A stretch of DNA of 32,160 nucleotides, taken from NCBI GenBank assembly GCA_964606515.1, contig CAZSIK010000004.1, positions 1 to 32,160 of the forward strand, given 5' to 3'. A program made the translations under genes and the position numbers. This document shows positions 7,936-16,730 of this stretch, one piece after another (the first letter of the stretch is position 1; every line of letters begins with the position of its first letter). Under the pieces are notes generated by a model. It had not been told where the DNA came from and did not search any database. It saw only the letters and a program-made list of their open reading frames with translations. Origin of the DNA: an uncultured Prolixibacteraceae bacterium (lineage in GTDB: Bacteria; Bacteroidota; Bacteroidia; Bacteroidales; Prolixibacteraceae).

Positions 7936-8036
7936 ATATGGAATTTTAGAGAAATTTTCTATTAACCCAATTATTTACAAAACCTGTTTAAATAAAAGAA
8001 AATAATCCGGTTGATTTAATTCATCACGGTTTCATT

Positions 8037-8044
8037 TATATTTG
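8037..8044 (+). promoter_or_regulatory. Candidate -7 promoter box TAnnTTTG (TATATTTG) for fni
   Basis: Exact consensus match. It ends 7 nt before ATG 8052 and 19 nt before ATG 8064, which favours the 8064 start. Confidence 0.4.
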
Positions 8045-8063
8045 CTAACAAATGCTTTTATTT

Positions 8064-9074
8064 ATGAGTCAAAGAAAAACCGACCATATTGTTTTAGCCA
8101 ACCATTCACTCCCCCAAACGCTTAAGGGAGATAACCGTTTTTACTATGAACCCTTGCTTGGCACGCACAACACGATCGATAGCAACTTTGTTTTTTTGGG
8201 TAAGACCATGAAACAGAGGCTCTGGGTATCGAGCATGACGGGAGGAGCAGAAAAAGCAGGAAAAATAAACCACTTACTTGCCGAGGCCTGTGCCGAATTT
8301 GGACTTGGAATGGGTTTGGGGTCCTGTCGTCCTTTGCTTGATACCAACAAGAACCTTTCCGATTTTAATTTACGGCCTATTTTAGGCGATTCTGTACCTT
8401 TTTTTGCCAATTTGGGAATTGCCCAAATCGAGAAGCTTGCATCAGAAAAAGCATTACAGGTAATTGATGATAAAATTATGGGGCAATTAAACACCGATGG
8501 TTTGATCATTCATGTGAATCCGATTCAGGAATTACTTCAACCAGAAGGAGATCACCAAAATTGTTCGGCATTCGAAACCATCGGGCAGTTTTGCGAACAA
8601 GTAAATGGCCGATACAAGATAGTTATAAAAGAAGTAGGTCAGGGCATGGGAAAAACCAGTCTCGAAAAACTGCTAAACTTACCCATCGACGGGATTGAAT
8701 TGGGGGCTTTTGGAGGAACCAATTTCGCAGCCATTGAACTGTTGCGCAATACAGAAGGACCTTACCTTAACCTTTGGCCACTTACAACAATCGGACATAC
8801 TGCCGAGGAGATGATCGAATGGTTAAACCAGACAATTAAAAATTTTCCTCAGGGCAAAAAACGCCCTGAAATCATTATTTCAGGCGGGATTCAAAATTTT
8901 CTCGACGGCTATTATTGCATCCAATTGTCGAAATTTTCGTCAGTGTATGGTATGGCCAACACCTTACTTCAAAGGGCGCTACATTCCAAAAAAGCCCTTT
9001 TCGATTTTATCCAGGCCGAGAAAATTGGGTACAATTTTGCTCAATCCTTTTTAACGATTAGGGGAAAGAGTTAA
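8064..9074 (+). CDS. fni: Type 2 isopentenyl-diphosphate delta-isomerase (FMN-dependent IDI-2)
   Basis: IDI-2 signature blocks are all present: RKTDHI, SSMTGG, GLGMGLGS, IHVNPIQELLQPEGD, IKEVGQGMG, FGGTNFAAIE and ISGGI. An alternative start exists at 8052. Confidence 0.85.
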   Translation: MSQRKTDHIVLANHSLPQTLKGDNRFYYEPLLGTHNTIDSNFVFLGKTMKQRLWVSSMTGGAEKAGKINHLLAEACAEFGLGMGLGSCRPLLDTNKNLSDFNLRPILGDSVPFFANLGIAQIEKLASEKALQVIDDKIMGQLNTDGLIIHVNPIQELLQPEGDHQNCSAFETIGQFCEQVNGRYKIVIKEVGQGMGKTSLEKLLNLPIDGIELGAFGGTNFAAIELLRNTEGPYLNLWPLTTIGHTAEEMIEWLNQTIKNFPQGKKRPEIIISGGIQNFLDGYYCIQLSKFSSVYGMANTLLQRALHSKKALFDFIQAEKIGYNFAQSFLTIRGKS

Positions 9075-9080
9075 AATGGT

Positions 9081-9683
9081 TTACAGGGGCAATGACAGCT
9101 GCAGATCCAATAATTTAAAAGAAAGCCGGTGTAAGTCGCAATGTCCGTTTCGGACAATCGCTTCCCGATGATCCTTCGTAGGATATCCTTTGTTTTTGGC
9201 CCAGTTGTAGACAGGATAAAGCTGGTGAAGCTGCCCCATCAACTCGTCGCGGCAGGTTTTTGCCAAAACCGAAGCTGCAGCAATCGACAGGTATTTTGCA
9301 TCGCCCTTCACGATGCACAGATGTTTTATATTCGGATAGTTTTTAAACCGGTTTCCATCAATGATCAAATGTTCTGGCCTCACCTCAAGCTGGTCGATTG
9401 CCCGATGCATGGCTAAAAAAGAGGCGTTCAAAATGTTGATTTTGTCAATTTCCTGGTTGTCAACAATTCCAATTGCCCAACAAACAGCTTCGTTTTCTAT
9501 TACGGGTCTTAATTGTTCCCTCCTCTTTTCGGTAAGCTGTTTCGAGTCGTTCAGCCATTCGTTCTTATAATCGTTAGGTAAAATTACTGCAGCAGCAACT
9601 ACTGGTCCTGCCAAACAGCCACGGCCGGCTTCATCGCAACCGGCTTCATGAACGCCTTCCTGATAACACGAAATGAGGCTCAT
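9081..9683 (-). CDS. rnhB: Ribonuclease HII
   Basis: [21 protein letters not shown] (the DEAGRG motif), LNDSKQLT and IIDGN. The ATG at 9683 overlaps the TGA of the upstream GT4 gene as ATGA. The ORF-track start at 9716 adds 11 residues. Confidence 0.9.
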   Translation of the reverse strand: MSLISCYQEGVHEAGCDEAGRGCLAGPVVAAAVILPNDYKNEWLNDSKQLTEKRREQLRPVIENEAVCWAIGIVDNQEIDKINILNASFLAMHRAIDQLEVRPEHLIIDGNRFKNYPNIKHLCIVKGDAKYLSIAAASVLAKTCRDELMGQLHQLYPVYNWAKNKGYPTKDHREAIVRNGHCDLHRLSFKLLDLQLSLPL

Positions 9684-10810
9684 GTTTGTTGAAATGTTTT
9701 TAGAATAGAGTTCCAAACCACTTCAGCGGTTTTATCCCAGGTAAATTTAGTTCGTTGCTCCCTGCCCTTTGTAACGAGGGTATGGCGTAATTCATGGTTA
9801 TAAGCCGCCTCGGCCATTGAATTGGCAATATCATGAATATTCAGCGGGTCGACAAGTAGTGCTGCTTCACCAGCAACTTCAGGCAATGAAGTAACCGAGC
9901 TGCAAATTACCGGCACATCACAATACATGGCCTCAACCACTGGAATACCAAAACCTTCAGAGAATGAGACCAGTACCAGCGCCTGGGCTGAAGCCAATAA
10001 AAGATGAAGCACTTCGTCGGAAACCCTGCCGGTAAAAACAATGTCTTCTTTGTGCATTAGTTCATCGGGCGAATATTTTGCGCCATAACGGTTCCACATA
10101 GGTTCACCTACCAACACCAATTTGTATGGGCTTCCCGTATTGTTCTTAAATTGATCGAAGGCTTTTAACATGCCTTGCAGGTTCTTACGCGGATTTTGTG
10201 AACCAATATAAATAAAATAAGGAACTCCCTGGGTAAACTTATTTTGAATTTCTTTTTTTAAGTCGATGGTAATGGGACAATACTGTATGTTGCATCCGTT
10301 GTAGGCAACATCGATCTTTTCTCCCGGGATGCACCATTGCTCTATGAGATCTTGTTTACTATATTCCGACACGGTAACAATCCGACTCGATTTCGCGGCA
10401 AACCTGGGAAAAAAGTAATTGAAATACTTCCGGTACATCACGGGAAAATCGCCTGGACGATGCACAAAATTAAGGTCATGAATGGTATCCACAACAGGAA
10501 CGGAAAGGTTTAAAGGCATCCAACCATCGGGCGAAAAAAACACATCGGGTTTAAACCGGCGGATCAAAATGGGAATATCGACTTGATAATGCCAATACCA
10601 AAGTATTGGATGCCGCGAGGGGATCCATGTTTTTACCGGTGTTACATTAGACCCGTAAATAAATTCTTCAGCCCAGGGCCGATCGAAAAGGAATAAAAAT
10701 TCATGTTGAGGGTTTGCTTGAACTATTCGTTTCAATACTTCATGAGCAAAAGAACCGATTCCTTCAAGCCTGTCTTTCAGTAGCAATTGTGTATTTACGG
10801 CGATCTTCAC
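9680..10810 (-). CDS. Glycosyltransferase family 4 (GT-B, Glycos_transf_1 type)
   Basis: The C-terminal domain has [23 protein letters not shown], the E-x7-E region typical of GT4. The start codon at 10810 is GTG. Confidence 0.85.
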   Translation of the reverse strand: MKIAVNTQLLLKDRLEGIGSFAHEVLKRIVQANPQHEFLFLFDRPWAEEFIYGSNVTPVKTWIPSRHPILWYWHYQVDIPILIRRFKPDVFFSPDGWMPLNLSVPVVDTIHDLNFVHRPGDFPVMYRKYFNYFFPRFAAKSSRIVTVSEYSKQDLIEQWCIPGEKIDVAYNGCNIQYCPITIDLKKEIQNKFTQGVPYFIYIGSQNPRKNLQGMLKAFDQFKNNTGSPYKLVLVGEPMWNRYGAKYSPDELMHKEDIVFTGRVSDEVLHLLLASAQALVLVSFSEGFGIPVVEAMYCDVPVICSSVTSLPEVAGEAALLVDPLNIHDIANSMAEAAYNHELRHTLVTKGREQRTKFTWDKTAEVVWNSILKTFQQT

Positions 10811-10912
10811 CTGATTTTAATTTTGTGAGAAAATAAAAGGTTAAAGTAAGAAAAATAACTTTTGAAAAGAAAGATAAAGATTGTTACTTTGCACATCAAA
10901 AAATAGAAGGAA

Positions 10913-12352
10913 TTGAAGCGAAAGTTTTTTACAAACCTGATTCTATTACTTACAGTTAACGGTTTGGTTAAACCTTTTTGGTTGTTTGGGATCGACAGAA
11001 AAGTACAAATTGTTACCGGCGATGATTATGGCTTGTACCTTTCCTTGTTTGCCTTATCGATAACTTTTAACGTTTTGCTCGACATGGGCATTACCAATTA
11101 CAACAACCGAAATATTGCCCGATACAACCAACTGCTTCCCAAACACCTCAGCAACATTTTAGGTTTGAAGATGCTTCTTTTCGTAGTTTACACAGCGGTT
11201 TTATTAAGTTGGGCAGGTCTGGTAGGATACAACAAAATTCAATTTCATCTATTATTTTTCTTGATTATCAATCAGTTTCTTTTGCAACTCATTTTATACC
11301 TGAGGTCCAACCTGAGTGCTTTGCATTTGTTCACTACCGATAGTCTTGTATCGGTACTCGACCGGATTTTCATGATTGCCTTTTGCGGCATTCTACTTTA
11401 TACAAACCTTTACAAAGGGCCTTTTAGGATCGAATGGTTTGTTTACATCCAAACCATCTCTTATGTTTTGGCAACAGTGATTATCCTGGTCATTGTTCTT
11501 AAAAAGTCGGGGCGGATCAAGCTAAATTTCAATCTCAACTTTAATTTGGTATTTTTAAAGAAAACCTATCCATACGCGATTTTAATTCTACTGATGTCGT
11601 TTTACAATCGCTTCGACCAGGTTTTGATCGAACGTTTGTTGCCTGGTGAGGGGCTTCATCAGGTTGCCATTTACGCGCATGGATTTCGATTACTCGATGC
11701 CGCATCCATGTTCGGGGTTTTGTTTGCAGGAATGTTGCTGCCCATTTTTTCAAGAATGATTAAAATGAAACAGCAAGTCGGAGATATGGTAAAGTTTTCG
11801 TTTTCATTGATCATTTTCATTTCACTTACCCTGGCTGTTACCTCTTACTTCTATCAGGTTGAAATAATGGAATGGATGTATGATGATGATGTACTTGCCT
11901 CGGCCCCAATTTTCTCAGTGCTGATGTGTTGCTTCATTCCCATCAGTACCACGTACATTATCGGCACGCTGCTAACAGCTAATGGAAGCATCAAGCAACT
12001 CAACATTATGGCTGGTTTTGGAATGGTAATCAACCTTTTACTTAATTTATTCGTTATTCCAAAATACCAGGCTTTAGGTGCTGCCTATGTGGGGCTTTTC
12101 ACCCAGTCGGTTACAGCTTTGGCCCAGGTAATCATTGCCTTTTACATTTTCAAATTAAAAGTGAATCGTGTTTTAACCGGGCAAGTCATCCTTTTTGCAT
12201 TTACCCTTGTGCTAACCGGTTTTGTTTGTCAGAAACTGTTTCCTCCACTTACAGGCTTACTCATCATGCTGTTTTTTTCAACCCTTATCGCATTCTTTAT
12301 CCGGCTTCTCGATTTAAAGAACCTTGCCAATATTCTTATGAACAGAGAATAA
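10913..12352 (+). CDS. Polysaccharide biosynthesis protein, Wzx-like oligosaccharide flippase (MOP superfamily)
   Basis: A 479-aa, highly hydrophobic multi-span protein whose length and topology fit Wzx/MOP flippases. It is divergent from the GT4 gene. The start at 10913 is TTG, and the next in-frame ATG is 57 codons downstream. Confidence 0.7.
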   Translation: MKRKFFTNLILLLTVNGLVKPFWLFGIDRKVQIVTGDDYGLYLSLFALSITFNVLLDMGITNYNNRNIARYNQLLPKHLSNILGLKMLLFVVYTAVLLSWAGLVGYNKIQFHLLFFLIINQFLLQLILYLRSNLSALHLFTTDSLVSVLDRIFMIAFCGILLYTNLYKGPFRIEWFVYIQTISYVLATVIILVIVLKKSGRIKLNFNLNFNLVFLKKTYPYAILILLMSFYNRFDQVLIERLLPGEGLHQVAIYAHGFRLLDAASMFGVLFAGMLLPIFSRMIKMKQQVGDMVKFSFSLIIFISLTLAVTSYFYQVEIMEWMYDDDVLASAPIFSVLMCCFIPISTTYIIGTLLTANGSIKQLNIMAGFGMVINLLLNLFVIPKYQALGAAYVGLFTQSVTALAQVIIAFYIFKLKVNRVLTGQVILFAFTLVLTGFVCQKLFPPLTGLLIMLFFSTLIAFFIRLLDLKNLANILMNRE

Positions 12353-12446
12353 CCGGGTTCATTATCATTTCACATAAAAGAGAAAAGCCACCCCGGAGTC
12401 GGGGCAGCCTTTCATTGCTAACCTAAAGCCTATAAAAAAGCCTAAT

Positions 12447-14168
12447 TTATCTCTTAACCATCTTGTACCGGTTGATAACTTGATCGCCCGATTGCAGAAC
12501 CCCAAAGTAAATACCTGGATTAACAGGGTTCCCCATGGTATCGTCACCTTCCCATGTTAAGGTATTAACTCCTTCAGCAACAGACCTTACTGCCATTTTT
12601 TTCATCATCTGGCCTGTTTGGTTCAGAATGGTAAAGATTACCGGTTTAGAGCCGGCAACAGAATATTTGATTTGGGTTGAATGCGTGAATGGATTGGGAT
12701 AATTCACCGATAGCTGCTTGTGTTCCACCTCCGACTTATTGGCAACCAAGCTCTTGTCGTATTTAATTACCAAGGTACTGAAATGTTCAACCTGGGCTAA
12801 AATACGGTTTGAAGCAGAATCGATCAGTACATTGCTGATACCCGAAGCGGTATAATCTCCACTTTCATCAAAGAACATCCCAATCTGTCCGGGAGGAATT
12901 CCCAATGAATCGAGGAGTTCGTGCTTGTAAACCAACGACAGGTGCAAGGGTTTTTCAAAATAATAGGGTTCAACGGGTTGATTATTGACCATCACGATAA
13001 ATTTGACCCCGGTGAAGATAGAATCAGGGAAGGTTAGTTCTTCATTACCCTCCACCCCTTTAACTTTCTCGGGAAGCATCATGTATACCGAAACATTTTC
13101 TTTCAAAGAACCATAAGGAAGATGCAACAAGCCTCCATTCAACACATTAAGAGGATAGGGAAACCCTCCAAAAATATAAGATCCGCCTTCTTTGATCTTT
13201 TTTTCTGGCAAAACAATGCCATTAGGCAACACCCTAAAAAACGAGGCTACATTCTGGTCAACAGAAGTTAAGGTATCTTTCGAGACGATGATCCGTGTGG
13301 TGAGGGATCTTATATTCTCGATTGTCGCTTTCACCACTCCAACTCCAGGCTGTTGTGCTGTAAAAATACCATCGTTTGAAATTTCACCCACCTTTTTCCC
13401 CAGCACTTGCCATTTCACAGTTCCCTTGAAGGAATTTCCATCGCCATCAACAAGTTGATACGAAACTTTTGTCCCTGTAGTAACAGTTGTATCCTGGGGG
13501 CTAACCTGATAGTTCCTTAAAATGTCCTTGGGCTCTTCTTTTGTCAACATTTCCTTAACCTTCAACACGATCGAATCTTTCAACTCGTTGTATTCAGCAA
13601 AAACAATTCCTTTTCCAGGAGCGCTTGCGAATAAGGTATCGCCCTTAAAAAATGCCAGAGAATCGGGCTTTATTTTCCAGTTGACTGTAACTGCTTCTCT
13701 TTGCCCCGGTTCTTTCACTATGAAGGCCATTAGCTCAACAAAATCGCCCACGCGCAAGTCGGCACGTTTTGATACAATCATTAAATAAGGGTATTTGCTT
13801 TTCTTATCTTCTTTTACCGAAGTGACCCTGATCTTCAGTTTTGCATATACCTGTTCGTACTCGGCGATGATCTCACCAAAGCCCGGGTTTTGGGCAACGA
13901 ATTCGCCCTTGGCCGAAAGAGCACCCAACAATCCGGGAACAATCGTCCATTTAAATTGTACGTCCTTAGCTTTCTCCTTGGATTCGTAATAAACTGCTTT
14001 TGCCGTATAGCTATCACCAACCTGCAAGCTTACCACCCCATTTTCTTTAAATTCGATTAAAGGATATTTTTCCCCCTTTCCCGAATCGTTTCCCTTGGAA
14101 TAGGAAGCAAAACTTTTGAAAAAGGTGCAGGTAAACAGGAGAATCAAAATATAAGACAGTATCTTCAT
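12447..14168 (-). CDS. T9SS-secreted surface protein: signal peptide, three Big_2-like repeats, a ZU5-like central domain and a type-A T9SS C-terminal sorting domain
   Basis: Signal peptide MKILSYILILLFTCTFFKSFA. Three repeats of about 75 aa share the pattern VGD...W.I.P...A....G.F.A..PG.G...A. The C-terminal 85 aa (VNYPNPFTHSTQIKYSV...NPGIYFGVLQSGDQVINRYKMVKR) match the Por secretion tail pattern. Confidence 0.85.
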   Translation of the reverse strand: MKILSYILILLFTCTFFKSFASYSKGNDSGKGEKYPLIEFKENGVVSLQVGDSYTAKAVYYESKEKAKDVQFKWTIVPGLLGALSAKGEFVAQNPGFGEIIAEYEQVYAKLKIRVTSVKEDKKSKYPYLMIVSKRADLRVGDFVELMAFIVKEPGQREAVTVNWKIKPDSLAFFKGDTLFASAPGKGIVFAEYNELKDSIVLKVKEMLTKEEPKDILRNYQVSPQDTTVTTGTKVSYQLVDGDGNSFKGTVKWQVLGKKVGEISNDGIFTAQQPGVGVVKATIENIRSLTTRIIVSKDTLTSVDQNVASFFRVLPNGIVLPEKKIKEGGSYIFGGFPYPLNVLNGGLLHLPYGSLKENVSVYMMLPEKVKGVEGNEELTFPDSIFTGVKFIVMVNNQPVEPYYFEKPLHLSLVYKHELLDSLGIPPGQIGMFFDESGDYTASGISNVLIDSASNRILAQVEHFSTLVIKYDKSLVANKSEVEHKQLSVNYPNPFTHSTQIKYSVAGSKPVIFTILNQTGQMMKKMAVRSVAEGVNTLTWEGDDTMGNPVNPGIYFGVLQSGDQVINRYKMVKR

Positions 14169-14392
14169 TTTAGCTAAATATTAAATCAATTAAAATTTGT
14201 TTATGCCCGATGCAAACCAAACCAAGCTTGCTTTTTACTGTAGAAACAGAGTAGATCGTTCGTAATTTGAAGTATGATCGTTCCATCAATGCTATTTTTC
14301 AAAATTGTATATCCATTTATAGTGGGTTTCCCCAACCATTTTTATAACGGAGATACAATTCTGAAATAAAAAAACCCTACTTTGAAACGCTT

Positions 14393-15700
14393 TTATTTAT
14401 TACGGCATACTATTGAAATCGGAACACCTTCGAAATTAAAATGTTCCCTGATTTTATTTTCGAGAAAACGCTTATAAGGATCTTTTATGTATTGGGGCAA
14501 ATTAGCATAAAAGGCAAAAATGGGAGTTGGAGTAGGAAGTTGGGTTACATATTTTATTTTCACCAATTTTCCTTTATTTGAGGGTGGAGGAAAAGCTTCA
14601 ATGGCATCGAGCAGGATGTTGTTCAACTCGGAAGTTTTGATTTTTTGCTTCCGGTTTTGATAAACCGACATGGCTGTTTCAAACGATTTAAGAATTCGTT
14701 GCCGGGTAAGTGCTGAGGTAAATATTACCGGGACATTGGTAAAAGGAGCTGTTTTCTCCAAGATAGCAGCAAGAAACTCGTTGGTAGTCTTGTTGTTTTT
14801 TTCGATAAGGTCCCATTTGTTCACCAGAACAACAATTCCTTTTCGGTTTCTTAAAATAAGATTGAAGATGTTTTGATCCTGGGCTTCAAAACCTCGTTCT
14901 GCATCGATCACCAAAAGGCACACGTCGGAACTTTCGATGGCACGGATTGATCTCATAACCGAGTAGAATTCAAGGTCGTCGGTAACTTTGCCTTTTTTCC
15001 TGAGTCCCGCGGTATCGGTTAGAATAAAATCGTATCCGAATTTATTGAAACGAGTATAAACTGCATCACGAGTAGTGCCGGCTATGTCGGTAACGATATG
15101 ACGGTCTTCCTCGGTTATGGCATTAATAATAGAAGATTTGCCCACGTTTGGCCTTCCCACAATCGAGAACACCGGTATTTCTGATGATTCTTCGGTGCTG
15201 GTTTTATTGGGAAGAGCTTCAACTACTTTATCGAGTAAATCGCCGGTGCCACTTCCATTAACCGATGAGACAATATAAAATTCGCCTAATCCCAGATTGT
15301 AAAATTCGTAGGTATCAGCAATTCTCATGTTATTGTCGACTTTATTCACTACCAGGAAAATCGGTTTGGTTTCCTTTCTTAATAATTCGGCTACGGCCTG
15401 GTCGAGATCGGTGATGCCCGATTGAACATCGACCATAAAAAGAATCACATCGGCTTCATCGATGGCCAATCTTGCCTGTTTTTTGATTTCTTCCTCAAAA
15501 ATATCAGAAGGGCTTGACACATAACCTCCAGTATCGATGATCGAAAATTCAACCCCATTCCACTCCCCTTTACCGTAATTCCGGTCGCGGGTCACCCCTG
15601 AAACATCATCGACAATAGCTTGCCGCGACTCGGTCATCCGGTTAAACAGCGTCGATTTGCCCACGTTGGGTCTTCCTACAATTGCGACAATATTGCTCAT
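14393..15700 (-). CDS. der: Ribosome-associated GTPase Der (EngA)
   Basis: Two tandem G domains: [20 protein letters not shown] and [20 protein letters not shown], followed by a KH-like C-terminus. The ATG at 15700 ([12 protein letters not shown]) is preferred. The ORF-track start at 15763 would overlap era. Confidence 0.95.
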   Translation of the reverse strand: MSNIVAIVGRPNVGKSTLFNRMTESRQAIVDDVSGVTRDRNYGKGEWNGVEFSIIDTGGYVSSPSDIFEEEIKKQARLAIDEADVILFMVDVQSGITDLDQAVAELLRKETKPIFLVVNKVDNNMRIADTYEFYNLGLGEFYIVSSVNGSGTGDLLDKVVEALPNKTSTEESSEIPVFSIVGRPNVGKSSIINAITEEDRHIVTDIAGTTRDAVYTRFNKFGYDFILTDTAGLRKKGKVTDDLEFYSVMRSIRAIESSDVCLLVIDAERGFEAQDQNIFNLILRNRKGIVVLVNKWDLIEKNNKTTNEFLAAILEKTAPFTNVPVIFTSALTRQRILKSFETAMSVYQNRKQKIKTSELNNILLDAIEAFPPPSNKGKLVKIKYVTQLPTPTPIFAFYANLPQYIKDPYKRFLENKIREHFNFEGVPISIVCRNK

Positions 15701-15716
15701 TGTTATGATTTTAAAG

Positions 15717-16601
15717 TTATTGCATTTCGTATCCAAAACCACGGAGCTTGTTTTCCTGCTCACGCCACCCTTTACTCACTTTCACAAAAAGTTCAAGGTA
15801 CACTTTTTTTTCAAAAAATTCCTCCAAATCCATTCGTGCTTCACTTCCCACCTGTTTCAAGGCAAGCCCACGTTTCCCGATCAGGATTCCTTTCTGGGAT
15901 TCACGGTTGACATGGATCACGGCTTGTAATTTAAGTAGTTTATCTTCATCTTTAAAGCTTTCTATCTCAATTTCTACCGAATAAGGAATTTCTTGTTGAT
16001 AGCGCAGAAGTATTTTTTCGCGAATAATTTCCTGCACAAAAAACCGTTCATTCCGGTCGGTAAGTTCATCCTTGGGAAAATAAGCCGGACCTTCAGGGAG
16101 TTTTTCAAGAATTAAGTCGAAAATCGGGGCAATATTAAAACCCTGTGTTGCTGAAACCGGCAAAATGGTTGCCTCAGGGAAAATTCCCTTCCACACCTCG
16201 ATCAATCCCAGAACTTCTTGTTGATTCGAAAGATCTATTTTATTGATTAACAACAAAATTGGAATTTCTGAATTTTTTATTTTATCAAGGTATTCTGAAT
16301 TTTTCCCGGCATTTTCCTTTACATCGCTCACATAAATAATCAAGTCGGCATCGAGGATGGCAGTATCGACAAACCTCATCATGTTTTCCTGTAATTTGTA
16401 ATTGGGTTTTAAAATTCCAGGCGTATCGGAATACACAATCTGGAAATCATCTCCGCTGACAATACCTTTTATCCGATGCCGGGTAGTTTGCATTTTCGAA
16501 GTGATGATTGAAATCTTTTCCCCGACCAATGCATTCATTATAGTCGATTTCCCAACATTGGGATTGCCTATGATATTTACGAAACCAGATTTATGAGCCA
16601 T
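15717..16601 (-). CDS. era: GTPase Era
   Basis: [20 protein letters not shown] and a C-terminal KH domain ([14 protein letters not shown]). It ends 16 nt upstream of der, so the two are probably one operon. Confidence 0.95.
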   Translation of the reverse strand: MAHKSGFVNIIGNPNVGKSTIMNALVGEKISIITSKMQTTRHRIKGIVSGDDFQIVYSDTPGILKPNYKLQENMMRFVDTAILDADLIIYVSDVKENAGKNSEYLDKIKNSEIPILLLINKIDLSNQQEVLGLIEVWKGIFPEATILPVSATQGFNIAPIFDLILEKLPEGPAYFPKDELTDRNERFFVQEIIREKILLRYQQEIPYSVEIEIESFKDEDKLLKLQAVIHVNRESQKGILIGKRGLALKQVGSEARMDLEEFFEKKVYLELFVKVSKGWREQENKLRGFGYEMQ

Positions 16602-16730
16602 ATATCGAAATTTAAAAATAAAAAATTGGGCATGAGTAAAACAATTGTTCCATAAACCTGTTATGAATTATGTGTTTAAGTAATTATCAGTTTTACACCC
16701 CTGTGAATAGTTCCTCTTATTGTTTTATTC

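Noticed and set aside
11525-11548. Imperfect 12-nt tandem duplication encoding NFNLNFNL in the flippase
   Set aside because: It is two short imperfect copies inside a loop of a membrane protein, with no evidence of a variable repeat.
12387-12408. Hairpin CCCCG-gagt-CGGGG between the convergent flippase and T9SS-cargo genes, considered as a bidirectional terminator
   Set aside because: The core stem is only 5 bp, with mismatches in the extension and no flanking T or A tract. It is too weak to call.
15701-15763. N-terminal extensions in the ORF track: der 15763, dut 21243, TPR 21683, M23 24348, Crp 26455, cupin 7291, galE 18804, cdd 2054, rnhB 9716 and the 343..927 ORF
   Set aside because: Each extension overlaps the upstream gene or AT-rich promoter DNA and precedes a conserved N-terminus or signal peptide that begins at an internal ATG. 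I used the shorter models.
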